Assembly: GCA_000320545.1 (NCBI GenBank) | Contig: ADNK01000631.1 | Coordinates: forward strand, 1 to 64,000 | DNA from: Bigelowiella natans CCMP2755 | Lineage: Eukaryota > Protista > Cercozoa | Reading direction: 5' to 3' | DNA length: 64,000 nucleotides | Shown: one piece after another, positions 52,600 through 64,000 of the stretch | Layout: each line of letters starts with the position of its first letter | Numbering within the stretch: position 1 is the stretch's first letter | Notes under the pieces: generated by a model | Databases searched by the model: none | The model's input: the letters and a program-made list of their open reading frames with translations, nothing else | What the model was told of the DNA's origin: nothing | Position numbers and translations under genes: made by a program

Positions 52600-54040
52600 T
52601 CCATTATGGACACATGCGTGCACGGACGGGGTCAGCGCAATGTAGCAATTCTGATGACTGTGTCTAGGTGTGAGCCTTGAGGGGTTTTCAGCTCCAAGTA
52701 AACTACTGGCCCTGCATGCCCCTATGCCCCTGTGCACGATGTGACACTCAGGGGAATTAGACATCATTCTAGCAGAAATTTGAGGGTGCAAAAAAAGCAG
52801 ACTCAGGGTTCAAGAGCAAACAAGATCAAAGCAAAATGCAGAAAATTGTTCGCGCGAGGGTGAAAATGTCATCGCTTCAGGGTGCACCCACACCTGGTCA
52901 AAACCCGGTCACACTTTCCGGCATCCGAAAAAGTGACCTGACTCAAAAAGTTTTGATCCAATTTCAATTTTTTTTGCAGATTCTGAAAGCTCTCTCATCG
53001 AGAGCTTTCAAGGGATCTCAACCATTTTTGTCAAAAAGAACGGGAAAGTTCTCAAATTTTGGAATGAATCTGGCTCGCGCTGACATGCTTTTGCAGTGAA
53101 AGTGCAAAACGTTCATGAGGTCTTTTGGTTCAGTTTTCGCGCGCGCAAACGTGCAAATTGCACAACGTCCAATGGCCACATCACGTGGAACAACAAAATC
53201 CATGCGCGCACACCTCGCCATTTTTCTTCAAACCAAACACATGCAAAACGGCAGCTAATCCAACAAAGTGAAAAATCTGTTTTTTTGCAAAAAAAATTGG
53301 AAATTTTCACAAGGCATGTGCATCCAGTTCAGCATGCTGGACACTTCAGCTTTTGCACTGGCTCAGCTCGATGACTCATTGCCCACTGCTACCATTGACA
53401 GGCATGTGGACTGTGGACTTCGTCGAAAGTCACGTTTCCTGCATGCTAGCATGTTCACCAGCATGTGACCGCCATGCACAGCTTGTTCAGTGCTGGAGCA
53501 CAGGAGTGCAATGGAACATCGTGAAGTGTCATCAATTTGTTGAACCGTTGTCGAAAGTGGACTCAAACACCAAACGCGTGCAACTGTGTTCACCCAATCT
53601 CACGTGCAAACGCGCTGCGCATCCTGGACAGACTTCGTGCATCGACCATTGCGGACACGTGGCATGTGCAAAAGTGCAAGCCGAAGCAAAGACAAAAACT
53701 GATTTGACCAAACTCTTCACACTCACTAAACGTGAAAGACACCACAATCTTCCAAAATGACTCCAAAAACGCCTTCGATTGGGTTTTGCACTCGAACACT
53801 TCCGAGCAATTTTTTTGCCTTCTGCCAGCAGTTAGTGCTCACGAATTCCGGAGCAGCTGGAAAATTAATGGCAGTGATTTGTCGACGAAAGAGCATGTCG
53901 CATTGTCACAATGACCTGTGTTTCCCTTGCAATAAAAGCTCCGTTCACCACAGCTCTAAGGGAGAATCTTTGTTCATTGTCCATTGTTCATTGTTCATGA
54001 TGGCGGATCAACAGCTGATTGTCACTGGTCTGGCTTCATC
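52600..54040. mobile_element. TpA-depleted region: probable non-autonomous element relic plus mutated flank
   Basis: Almost no TpA in about 52790-53930; 11 bp inverted repeat at 52984-53010; no TIR pair or TSD found. Confidence 0.45.
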
Positions 54041-56024
54041 GGAATTTTGTATGTTGTTACATTGTACTTACATTCTTGTTGCATTATCAGACTCTCTGAA
54101 GCTAATCATCACAGCCTTCCAGCAAGTGATCTCTCATGCAAATAAATTATTTCGTGGTGTTAACATTTGTTGCAATGCAGTTGTACAATGTTGGCCAACT
54201 GGCGTCCTCATCTCCGAATGTTACTCTACGGAAAATTCATTAGTCAGTTCCTTTTTGTATGACTCCCCTCGTCGCAAATTGTCCGCAAATTACGATTCCA
54301 ACCAGCTTAGATTCGCAATTTGTACTATTTGTACGCTATTGGCTAATGTCTAACAGTGCAAACACAGTTCTTGTTGCTGTGTGTTGGATCTTCTTTTTGG
54401 TAATGCAATTATGACATCCTATTATTTATCATGGATTCATTTCTCATAGCCGATGGATTTTACAAAGGGAAAGAGCGAACCTACATACTTCGGATGGATC
54501 GCCAGGGAAACGCTCATCAGCTACATTTTTGTAATTACTGCGAATGGAGAAGAATTTAATCCTACTAAATAAATTAGCAGCTGCTAACATGTACTCGTTA
54601 CATTTCTAGATTCACGTTGGATGCCAGATCTTCCACCTCACGTTTGTTTGCACCTTAAAGTTGTTTCGGATATGAAGCAGTAAATCTTGACTCTTCATTA
54701 GGTATTCGGCAATTTTTGCATTTTATTCAACGGCACATCTACGAGCGAAGCTGCCACCGAAATTGAAATATCTTTGCGGGCTGTACGCAGTAATTTACAT
54801 TCTGGGGCATGCCATCACAGTAATTTTTTTAAATCTAACTTTACTTCGTGAGCATACAATTTTATTAATTATACCATCTTCGTAAAAGACTATCGGATCT
54901 CTGGCAACAAATGATAACACGTGGGTTGCAATACAACAGTTCTTCAATTCGATCATAATTGTTTGCACACAATGCATCCTCTACAATTCTCTCCGAAGCT
55001 TGCGAGGCATCATCACCAACGAACTTGCAAAGAAAGCCAACTCTTCCTCCTTAAACACGAAGTCGTTTGAAACAACAGCTGTATCTAAGTCTTATGACTA
55101 CGTAGCTGTGAACCCTGTTAATTCGAAATCTCCGACACACCTTGGCGCCTCTGAGGACGATGAAATCATTGATCTCACAGTTCAACACCAATCTCGGAGC
55201 AGCGCAAGATCCTCAGACAGGAATAAATTCGGAAAGGGTGAGTACACACTATATTAATCATCGAACCAAGCTCATTGTGAACTTCAACTTTCAGGTAGCT
55301 CAATAGCTGCTAAACTAGGAGCATTTCGATTCTCATCATCACTTAACAAGCAATTCAAACCGTCACACAAGCAGTTTCGTACCGATTTAAAATCATCGGA
55401 AATAAAACTTATGAAGGTTTCAACGTCCCATCACGAAGGTATATTCCTATGCTAGAAATCTAGAAATTATATCTTAAACGCACCCTAACCAACTCTCAAT
55501 TTTCAGGGGTTAACGATAGTGTAAGCTCACTTAGCCGTACTTACCAATCAGAGACTAAGAACTCTAGATCATCTCGTTCACCAACTGCTAATGGAAGGAA
55601 TGCCAATCGTACAGTAACTGCTTTAAGAGATTCTAACTTAGGCACGAAAGCATTTGCTAAAAAAGCCAAAAATTCAAAAAGGGATAGCAGCTCTATTAAG
55701 GGAAACGGAACACTAAATGAAAGCTACCGTAAAATTGTCCGGAAGTTGAATATTTATATGTGTGTCTTTCCAACAATTGGTTTCTTCGGTGCCTTTGCAT
55801 TGTTGCTTAATGGTCTTACAATCTTATTAGAAAATGCAGCAGAATCTAGTGCGAATAACGAAAACGAGGAAGAGGGCACTGTAAGGGAAGAGGCTGACGC
55901 ATCTTCGACAGAATATCGTCCTATCAGTGATCTTGGTTTCTACATACTCATCCTAGCAATTTTCCTTTTTCAGTATTATGCCAGAGTAAAACTTGATTTT
56001 AAGAATTGGCGAAAAAATCGTTGA
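53997..56024 (+). CDS. Uncharacterised multi-exon membrane protein; 5' end uncertain and may lie in the TpA-depleted zone
   Basis: Final exon with two TM helices (IYMCVFPTIGFFGAFALLL, FYILILAIFLFQYY) after a Ser-rich loop; upstream GT-AG exons. Confidence 0.5.
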
Positions 56025-56129
56025 ACATTCGATGGGTGCAATCACAGTAGGCTCAATGAAAAACCAGTATTAGACTCTGGCGCATTTACGAAGTACAAAA
56101 GCTAACGACTTAATAGTCAATTATTTGAT

Positions 56130-56720
56130 GAGAGCTCGTACAGCATGCATCTCACCTCATGATTTACTGTTCTAGTGTAATTGCATGGTGCAAACACATT
56201 ATGATGCCATTTGCTAGTTTGCACTGCATATGCGTGCATGAAACTTCTAATTCATCACAGGACTTAGCAGGGCACACTGCTTGCTACGCATAAGAAGAAG
56301 CACAAAAAACGAGATCGTAGGCACTTTGCAATGCGGTGCAAAAAAGTAACATTGTAGAACTGTTCAACACACAAACACTTCATTTGTGTGCCATGGATCA
56401 CATATATGGCTATAGATGATATACACAGTGAGATAGCTAGATAGTCTGTTTAGCTGTGATGAAAAGTTCACACATGTGCATGTGGACACAATGTGAGCGC
56501 TTTAGCCGCAGCATTGCACAGCTAGACAGCTCTAGAGCTACATTACAATGAATATTAAAAAATGTAATATTTCATTATGTCCGTCTCACATGCATGTGCT
56601 GAGGTGGCCGATACTAGGATACAGCGTTAGAATGCTTGTGCATGTAGGCGCAAAAATGAGACGCATTTGTTTTTGGCCACTTCAAATTCTAATTTTTTGA
56701 CCATCACATAGATTGCATCT
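56130..56720. other. Partially TpA-depleted intergenic patch
   Basis: Excess tgca/catg/caca and frequent CTAG between convergent genes. Confidence 0.4.
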
Positions 56721-56767
56721 AGGCATATCCAACGTTCGGATCGTACTTGAAGTGGTGATCAATCGAC

Positions 56768-57527
56768 TCATCTGTATCTTGCGCATCTGTCTCTGATGAT
56801 GACAGCAACATACCTGATGATAAAGGTGCCTCTCCACTCAACCTGAAGTAATCGATTTGCACAATATATGTATATATATGTGTATGTATATACATATGTA
56901 CATGTACATGAAAAAATCAGAATCATCTTAATCCAACAATACAACTGTAGAAAGAGAAGAAAGATCATGTGTACATGTATCTACATGCTGCACATTTATT
57001 GGAGATTCTTTGTACATTCGAACCGTTGTTTTCGAGGAGCATCAGTCACAAATGATGATTTCATGTCGTACTGATTTGGCCATTCTTCATTCATTCCCGC
57101 AACTATGCACCAACTGTGCAGACAAGCTCGTTGCTAAATACTCCTAATACCACTACTACTACTACTACAACTAAAATTCATCATCATCATCACCTATTTC
57201 CAGGAGTCCTAAACTTGAGATAATCCTCTGTTTCGCGTCTATTCATATTTGCCAAATCTCCCATCTTGACCTTCTGCCATTCTCCCACCTCCTATTATAA
57301 GGTAGAGCCACTCGTCATCATTCAATCAATCTCCTTGGCTTGGGAGAAGCTCATCAGCTCTCAGCGGCGCTATTATTATCCATGTTGTTGTTTACATTGT
57401 GCCGGTTGCTGTTAATTGTCTGCTGTTTGTTTGTACTTCTTTATGTCGTTTCAGTGTACCTCATCACTTTCTACAACATAAGATGATTCCATCGTATCGT
57501 CGTCGAGCTGACACCAGTCCCTGAGTG

Positions 57528-57578
<51 letters not shown>

Positions 57579-57638
57579 GGTGGGAGAGAGGGAGGGGAGA
57601 GAGGGAGAACAGGAGAGATAGAGATAGAGAGAGAGAGG

Positions 57639-57684
<46 letters not shown>

Positions 57685-58634
57685 AGGTATGAGATGCACG
57701 CGTAGGAACGACAGCGCCACCACAACAAAAAAAAACTTATACAGAAACACATCGTTGATATAGAAAAAGAGAGGGAATCTAGGGTTGTTATTGCTTCTCT
57801 GGTTATCGATTTTATTGCAAATATTATGTGCAAGTTGGAAGACTCACTCCCATGTGTCGCCATCTTCTTGTTTAGTTTTCGTATGGAACTCAGGAAAATA
57901 TCCCGCCTTAGATATTATATAGAAAATTGATCAATGATTTACATCATAGAACAGTGCTTTCTCTCCGCCCCCTCCCTACACCCTCTTCTTTCTGCATAAA
58001 AATAGTGTGTCTTAACTCTTTTGTGTGCGACATATATGTTATGGATCATCATATTATTACATCTATCCATCGTTGAGCACGTTCCCTTTTCTGAGTGGTA
58101 GAAGTAGTAGTAGTAGTAGTAGTTGTTGTTGTAGTAGTTGTTTTCCAAGTTGCAATGATAAGATAGTAGCAGTAGTAGTGGTAGCAGTAGCAGTAGTAGG
58201 CTTGGAAAGAAGTTGGATGAACATCATCATCATCGTCGTCATCATCATCATAGCCTATCACACACTAACCCCACTACTCACATAATACCAAATCGTTTGT
58301 TGGTACGTTGATTGATTTTATACAAATATGTGCGGCATCATCCGATGCACTGCTACACGTGAGAGAAGAGGGGGGGGGGGAGCAAGAGCGGAAAATGAGA
58401 ATATTGTTGTGTGCCTTTTGTTCATATTTCGTAGATTTGGGCCCTGAGTATCCTTCAACGCCATACTTGGGCATGTTGTTCAAATCTCTATGCTCCTTCA
58501 ATCATGGTAAAACGTGTAATCATATCACCATCAACTGTCACTGCTGTATTGTCCGTTTTGGTTGCTTTTTTGGCTCATGTTTCTCTTTTTCTTCTCTCCT
58601 TCCTCTTCCTCTACTTCTTCTTCTTCTTCTTCCT

Positions 58635-58667
<33 letters not shown>

Positions 58668-58974
58668 ACTTGTTGATAGGCATCTTCGAATCTTTTCCTC
58701 TCCTTCTCGTCCTTGTATCTAAGATAACAACAATTGCGTTGCAGCACACAATCAACACAACAAATCAAGAGGCAGAATCCGTGCAAGTCAGGGCAGATTT
58801 CAATCTTTCCCGCATCATCGTCACTACTGCCTTCTTCCACGTTCATTCTAAACAAGCAGCACTCAATTCTTATCTTTACCTCCCAACCAGATCACGGAAA
58901 GTCTCCTCCTCCTGTTGTGACCAAGGTATATATTCACATCATGAAACACTGCATCATTTTCCTATTATCGATGG

Positions 58975-59005
<31 letters not shown>

Positions 59006-60147
59006 ACGGCACAAGAACACGCGAATGTATTTATGGAAGGATATGGTTTCTACTGCTGGTGCTACTACTACTCTTACTATTCGGTAGGTAGGACCTGCAG
59101 CTTCTCTCTGAGGCGTTTTTGCTCAGGAGTCAATGAGGACGGCGCCTGTGCAATAGCAGTACCAATGTGTTTATTAATACACTCACAAATCGGTGTTAAC
59201 AATGCTACTGTTACTACTGTTGGCACCACCACCACTACTACTATTACAACAACAACAACTACTACTACTACTACTACTACTAAAGTAGTGTAGTAATAGT
59301 ACCTTAAGAGGATTAAATCGTCGTTCAATCTTCACAGTAGTAATATCTCCTACCAATATCGCCCAGACCATGCACTTAACGGGAGGGTTGTCATATCAAC
59401 GTTGCTGCTGCTGCTCTTTCAAATGCCAAGAGTTCTTTCTCGTATATCTTGAATCGAGAGCACACACACACACGCACACACACACACACACACACACAAG
59501 CATACACACACACACAAGCATACACCGCAACGAAAACCCACCACCTCCACAATACATCTCCCTCCTCTTCAATAGCATTAGATTCATTAATCACACCTGT
59601 TGACCCCATCAGCGTGGTGTCAGGGGGTAGCGTCAGGATCTGTGATGCACAACACAAACAACAAACACAACTGGTTAATAATACCAAAAATCTAGGCAAG
59701 AACGACGAATGCAATGGCAATGAGACAGCTGTATTCTACGATTATTCGCATATGCATATGCCCAAAATTAATATATTATCTGTATCGCTCTGCACTAGAG
59801 TGTGAGGGCTATCTCATCAGGCATAAGAATATTAATGCCTACATCTGTGAGTAGCTGCTAATTATCGATGCTGTGGAAAAGAATACAAAAGTTACTCCTT
59901 ACTTTTTGTTGGATGGATTTCTTGAGAATCTTGGTGTCAGATATAGGCAGCTCGCACTTTGGGTACACCCCTTTACTTAGACATTCACTAATAATAGCTC
60001 CTATCAGCCATTGTTGGCTACTACTCTTAATCATCAGTGGATGGTGCGTGGAAACCATGATGCAGTGAGAAGGTAACAGCTGGATGCATGTGATATGTGC
60101 TACTACCCTACAAATGCGAAGTTGTAGTCCTTAAAGTACCTGGATTT

Positions 60148-60179
<32 letters not shown>

Positions 60180-60329
60180 GTTGCTGATGGTGAGGGTGAC
60201 AATGATGATGATGATGATGATGATGATAGAGCTACCACTCCCAAATCAGCAGCAGTAGCAGCAGCAGCACTTACAAGGTGTAGGATCCATTTGTAATGCC
60301 AGGCGTCCAGAGAGCAGTCCCCTTTTAAG

Positions 60330-60374
<45 letters not shown>

Positions 60375-60630
60375 TTTATACATATGCATATCACCCAACG
60401 ATGGAAATAACAACGTGATGAGAGTAGGTAGTACTACTCGTGTAGTAGGCGATGAAAGAAGGGTTTTATGTTTAATGACTGTAGTAGTAGTAGTAGTAGT
60501 AGTAGTAGTACGTTAAGTGCTGGTAGGGTATCTCCATCAGCCATCCAATGAGTAACAGGAGGGTAGTTCTGAGAAGGAGGATCATCTTAATCGTATAACA
60601 TCACCATATTAGTCAATTGTATACTTGTCA

Positions 60631-60688
<58 letters not shown>

Positions 60689-62237
60689 TCCAATGACAAG
60701 CAAGGCTGACTCAAATCTCCTTCCCCAGTTCCCCTTTTCTCCCGTGTGTGGTTTTTATGTGTGTGTGTGTGTGTTGTGTATACATCAAATCCGATTATAT
60801 CTGCCTCATTTAGCACTCCCAACTTTTCAGGTTGCTCCCAATACCGATGCTGAGCAATGTTGTGATCATGGAAATACGCAACATGTGTGTGTGTGAGTGT
60901 GAGTGTGCGTGTGCGTGTGTGTATGAGAGAATCATTTTGCGACTGTTAGAAACTATCATCAGCACAATCCGTATCACCACAATCATAATCTTAATCGATA
61001 TCATCATCGTATTCACTGCCATCAACGTCATCATGAATGTACTAACTTTCTGAATTCGTATACAAAGATGGGTTAAAGGCAATAAGATCGTGGTCTCCTT
61101 TATCGTCATCACACCGCACCTAACTTCCCTTGATAATAACCGCGTCTCTCGCTTACTATACGACTACGGTAGATCGATGATACTTACCCAAAGATTTCTC
61201 TCCTCCCTGCCCATGTAGATTGGAGGTCGTCCAAAGCTGAAATATCGATGATATAGTAGTAGTTTAAGGATATCATATTCAAGATGCCTCCTTTTTTTAT
61301 GTGTACCAAGTGTAGGGTGACAACGAGTGTGCATAAAGTAAGGGCTGCCTCATTATCATCATCATCATTATCATCATCATCATCATCTACCTCTCCCAAC
61401 AGTGTTTTAGATCCAGAGAGTGATAGAACAAACCTAGTAGGAGGAGGGTAGAAGAGAGGGAGGGAGGACCACACTACTATTGTTAATATGCACGATCGAA
61501 ATTCTATTTTCAAATGTGTGCGATCCGTAGAGGTTGCTGTTGCTGTAAGCAGCACTGCTATTGTATTATATCCACTACACGTAGAAGAACATCATTATTC
61601 CCTCTCCCTCTCGTGCACACACCGGTAGTCAGTACGATTGCCTTGACATTCATGTCGATCTGAGGAGGAGGAGGAGGAGGAGGAGGAGGAGGAGGAGGAG
61701 GAGAAGGAGTAGGAGGAAAGGGGGTCGGTTACGATGAACAACTCCCCATAAACGCACTTAGCACAACTTGCTCGTCCTCGTATCATTCGTCATCACCATC
61801 ATCATCATCATCATCGACGTCGCTTTCATAGTACGAAAGATCTCGAGGAATGAATGCTGTTTACTAAGAAGTCGTCTGAGGGCATTTTTAACAACAGTAT
61901 AGCCTGGTGCCCTGCTGAAGATATGAAAGCATGATCTCACACACACACCTGTCGCGCCATATGAACGATTTGTGGATAATCGCCGGCAGGGTTGATGAGC
62001 AGCCCGTCTCTGGTAGTTTATGCATCAGCAGCAGCAGCAGAAGAAAAAGAGGTAACGACAACAATCATCATCGATGAGGGAAACATATCAACAAATACTA
62101 GAGCAGCTGATGAAGATCATCTAACAACATCATAGTTTTTATCATCACCATCATCATCATCATCGCCATCACCATCATTATCATTATTCATTATTCATTA
62201 TAATATTGTTGGGGTTGGTGAGGACGTCCTAATACAC

Positions 62238-62273
<36 letters not shown>

Positions 62274-63228
62274 ACTGCTCACAGTACCTAGTGACTGGAT
62301 GTGCCATCAGCACTGTTCTCACGTTCAACGGGCCTTTTTCCTTTCATATCCGGAAGAAGGATAAACTTAATTCAAAGTAAATGGAGAGGAAGCGAGAGGG
62401 GAAGGGGGGAGACAAGATGGTAACAGTGACTAGTCACCAAATAGTGTCTAGTATTAATATTATACTACTTACATTTGCCCAAAGGAGAAAGTTTCGGGGC
62501 ATTGGAACGTACAACGGGGGCTTTTCCCTCTCTTCCTCTGCACGTGTGCTCTAACAACAATACGACGCATTCATTATGATTATCGAGATGTATAAGTATA
62601 CTACTATTACTGCGACTGCTACTACTGTTGCTACTACTGCTTCTACAGCTTGTCCCCGTACATTATCGAGGAAGTGAAATCTCCAGATATAAGGCCCAAC
62701 GATGCCGTCAGTGCGGTCTCTAGAGTAGTCCATGCTGGAGGGGGAGGGGGATGATGATGAGGATGATGTTGATTACGATGATAATGACGATGATGATGAT
62801 AATGATGATGATGATGATGATGAAGATAAGGGTAATTATGGCTTGGTCGTCACAATAAACAAGCAACTTCAATGCATGACAAAGGCAATACTGCACAATC
62901 AACGTTCTCTTAATTTTCACTCGTCGCAGTGCTCATCATTCGAATAAGAATCTTCAATTTCTCCTCCCTCCCCCTCTTCTTCCAAATCATAAATGTAAAA
63001 TTACGTCTCTAAATGGTTGAGATCGGGATCGCTAGGATCCTGCCACCATGAGGAATAGAAGAAGAAGAGGAAGAAGAAGCAGAAGAAGAAGAAGAAGAAG
63101 AAGAAGAAGAAGAAGATGAAGAACAACAGGAGGAGGAGGAGGAGGAAGCAAAAGGTCGACGAGGGGGAGAGGCAAGGACAGACAATACGGAGATGGTGAG
63201 TTATTTGTTGCTTGTAGTAGTTGTAGTT

Positions 63229-63269
<41 letters not shown>

Positions 63270-63546
63270 TGTAGTAGTAGCAGTAGTAGCACAATGTATA
63301 TCTCTAGAAGTAGTAGTACAAACCTCTAAATCGATGGTGTGCACAACAACTGAGTCCTCATCATTCATGCTACTCACCTCCCTGTGATGCTACTACTACT
63401 TACAATTATCCGCACCCTACATGGTTGAATCTACCTCCAGCAAGTCCGGTATCATAGGGCAGGGGTCAAATGAGACCCCCGTCTCCAAAGTGTAGTTCTG
63501 CGACCACGTTGCCAACAACACAGGAGGTATAGATAAACGCACATAT

Positions 63547-63581
<35 letters not shown>

Positions 63582-64000
63582 GCTTGTTTATATGATGTGT
63601 CTGTGTGTAATAATAAGGTGAGGATGGGGCAAACTAATAACGCATTATTACCGATTTACTTGTGATGAACGTCACATTCTTCTTGAGCGGAGGAGGTAGG
63701 AAGTAGCTATCGTCCATCTCAGGAACTAGGCAATGGTAGTAAGGGCAATAATTCGTAATAGTAGTAGTAGTATTAGTAGTAGTAGCAGCAGCAGCAAAGA
63801 GACATGTTGTGAATAGTGATACAAGATAATATGAGTAATGAAAAGATTTGTGTTGCATTATCATTATCATCATCGTCGTCATCATCGTTGTTATCATCTG
63901 ACATTCTCCATAAGCGTCTTGAACCGATTCAGGAGCAGGCCATTCCCTGTGGAACTACAGTTGACAAACACATACAAATACACACACACACACACACACA
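56768..64000 (-). CDS. Large uncharacterised multi-exon gene, begins beyond the window end
   Basis: Many short coding-like exons (e.g. QQWLIGAIISECLSKG, DISALDDLQSTWAGRREIFG, VVKNALRRLLSKQHSFLEIFR) separated by microsatellite-rich introns. Confidence 0.45.

Overview
Eukaryotic, intron-rich nuclear DNA with short GT-AG introns and many microsatellites. The gene style and a ubiquitin carrying a bipartite-type leader suggest a complex-plastid alga, possibly a chlorarachniophyte (inference only). Host genes include an NHL-repeat protein, the leader-bearing ubiquitin, a double HMG-box/histone-fold protein, a centriolin-like LRR/coiled-coil protein, a secreted alpha/beta hydrolase, a BRCT-aldo-keto reductase fusion, a G-protein alpha subunit, an amino-acid-transporter-like gene, a cytochrome b5-domain protein and several uncharacterised multi-exon genes. 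The main signal is a 7.5 kb DNA transposon (25042-32536; 15 bp TIRs, ACGG target duplication) encoding a transposase-like protein and a ParB/MTase-like/PHD protein. This element, its flanks and several other patches have lost almost all TpA, apparently converted to TpG or CpA on both strands. Tyr codons are essentially absent, TAA/TAG stops are erased, at least one GTA splice donor appears to have become GCA, and surviving TpA sits mostly in CTAG or half-CTAG contexts. This looks like a repeat-targeted A:T->G:C hypermutation process with a 5'-TAH-3' target, the mirror image of fungal RIP. All counts were made by eye and need computational confirmation.
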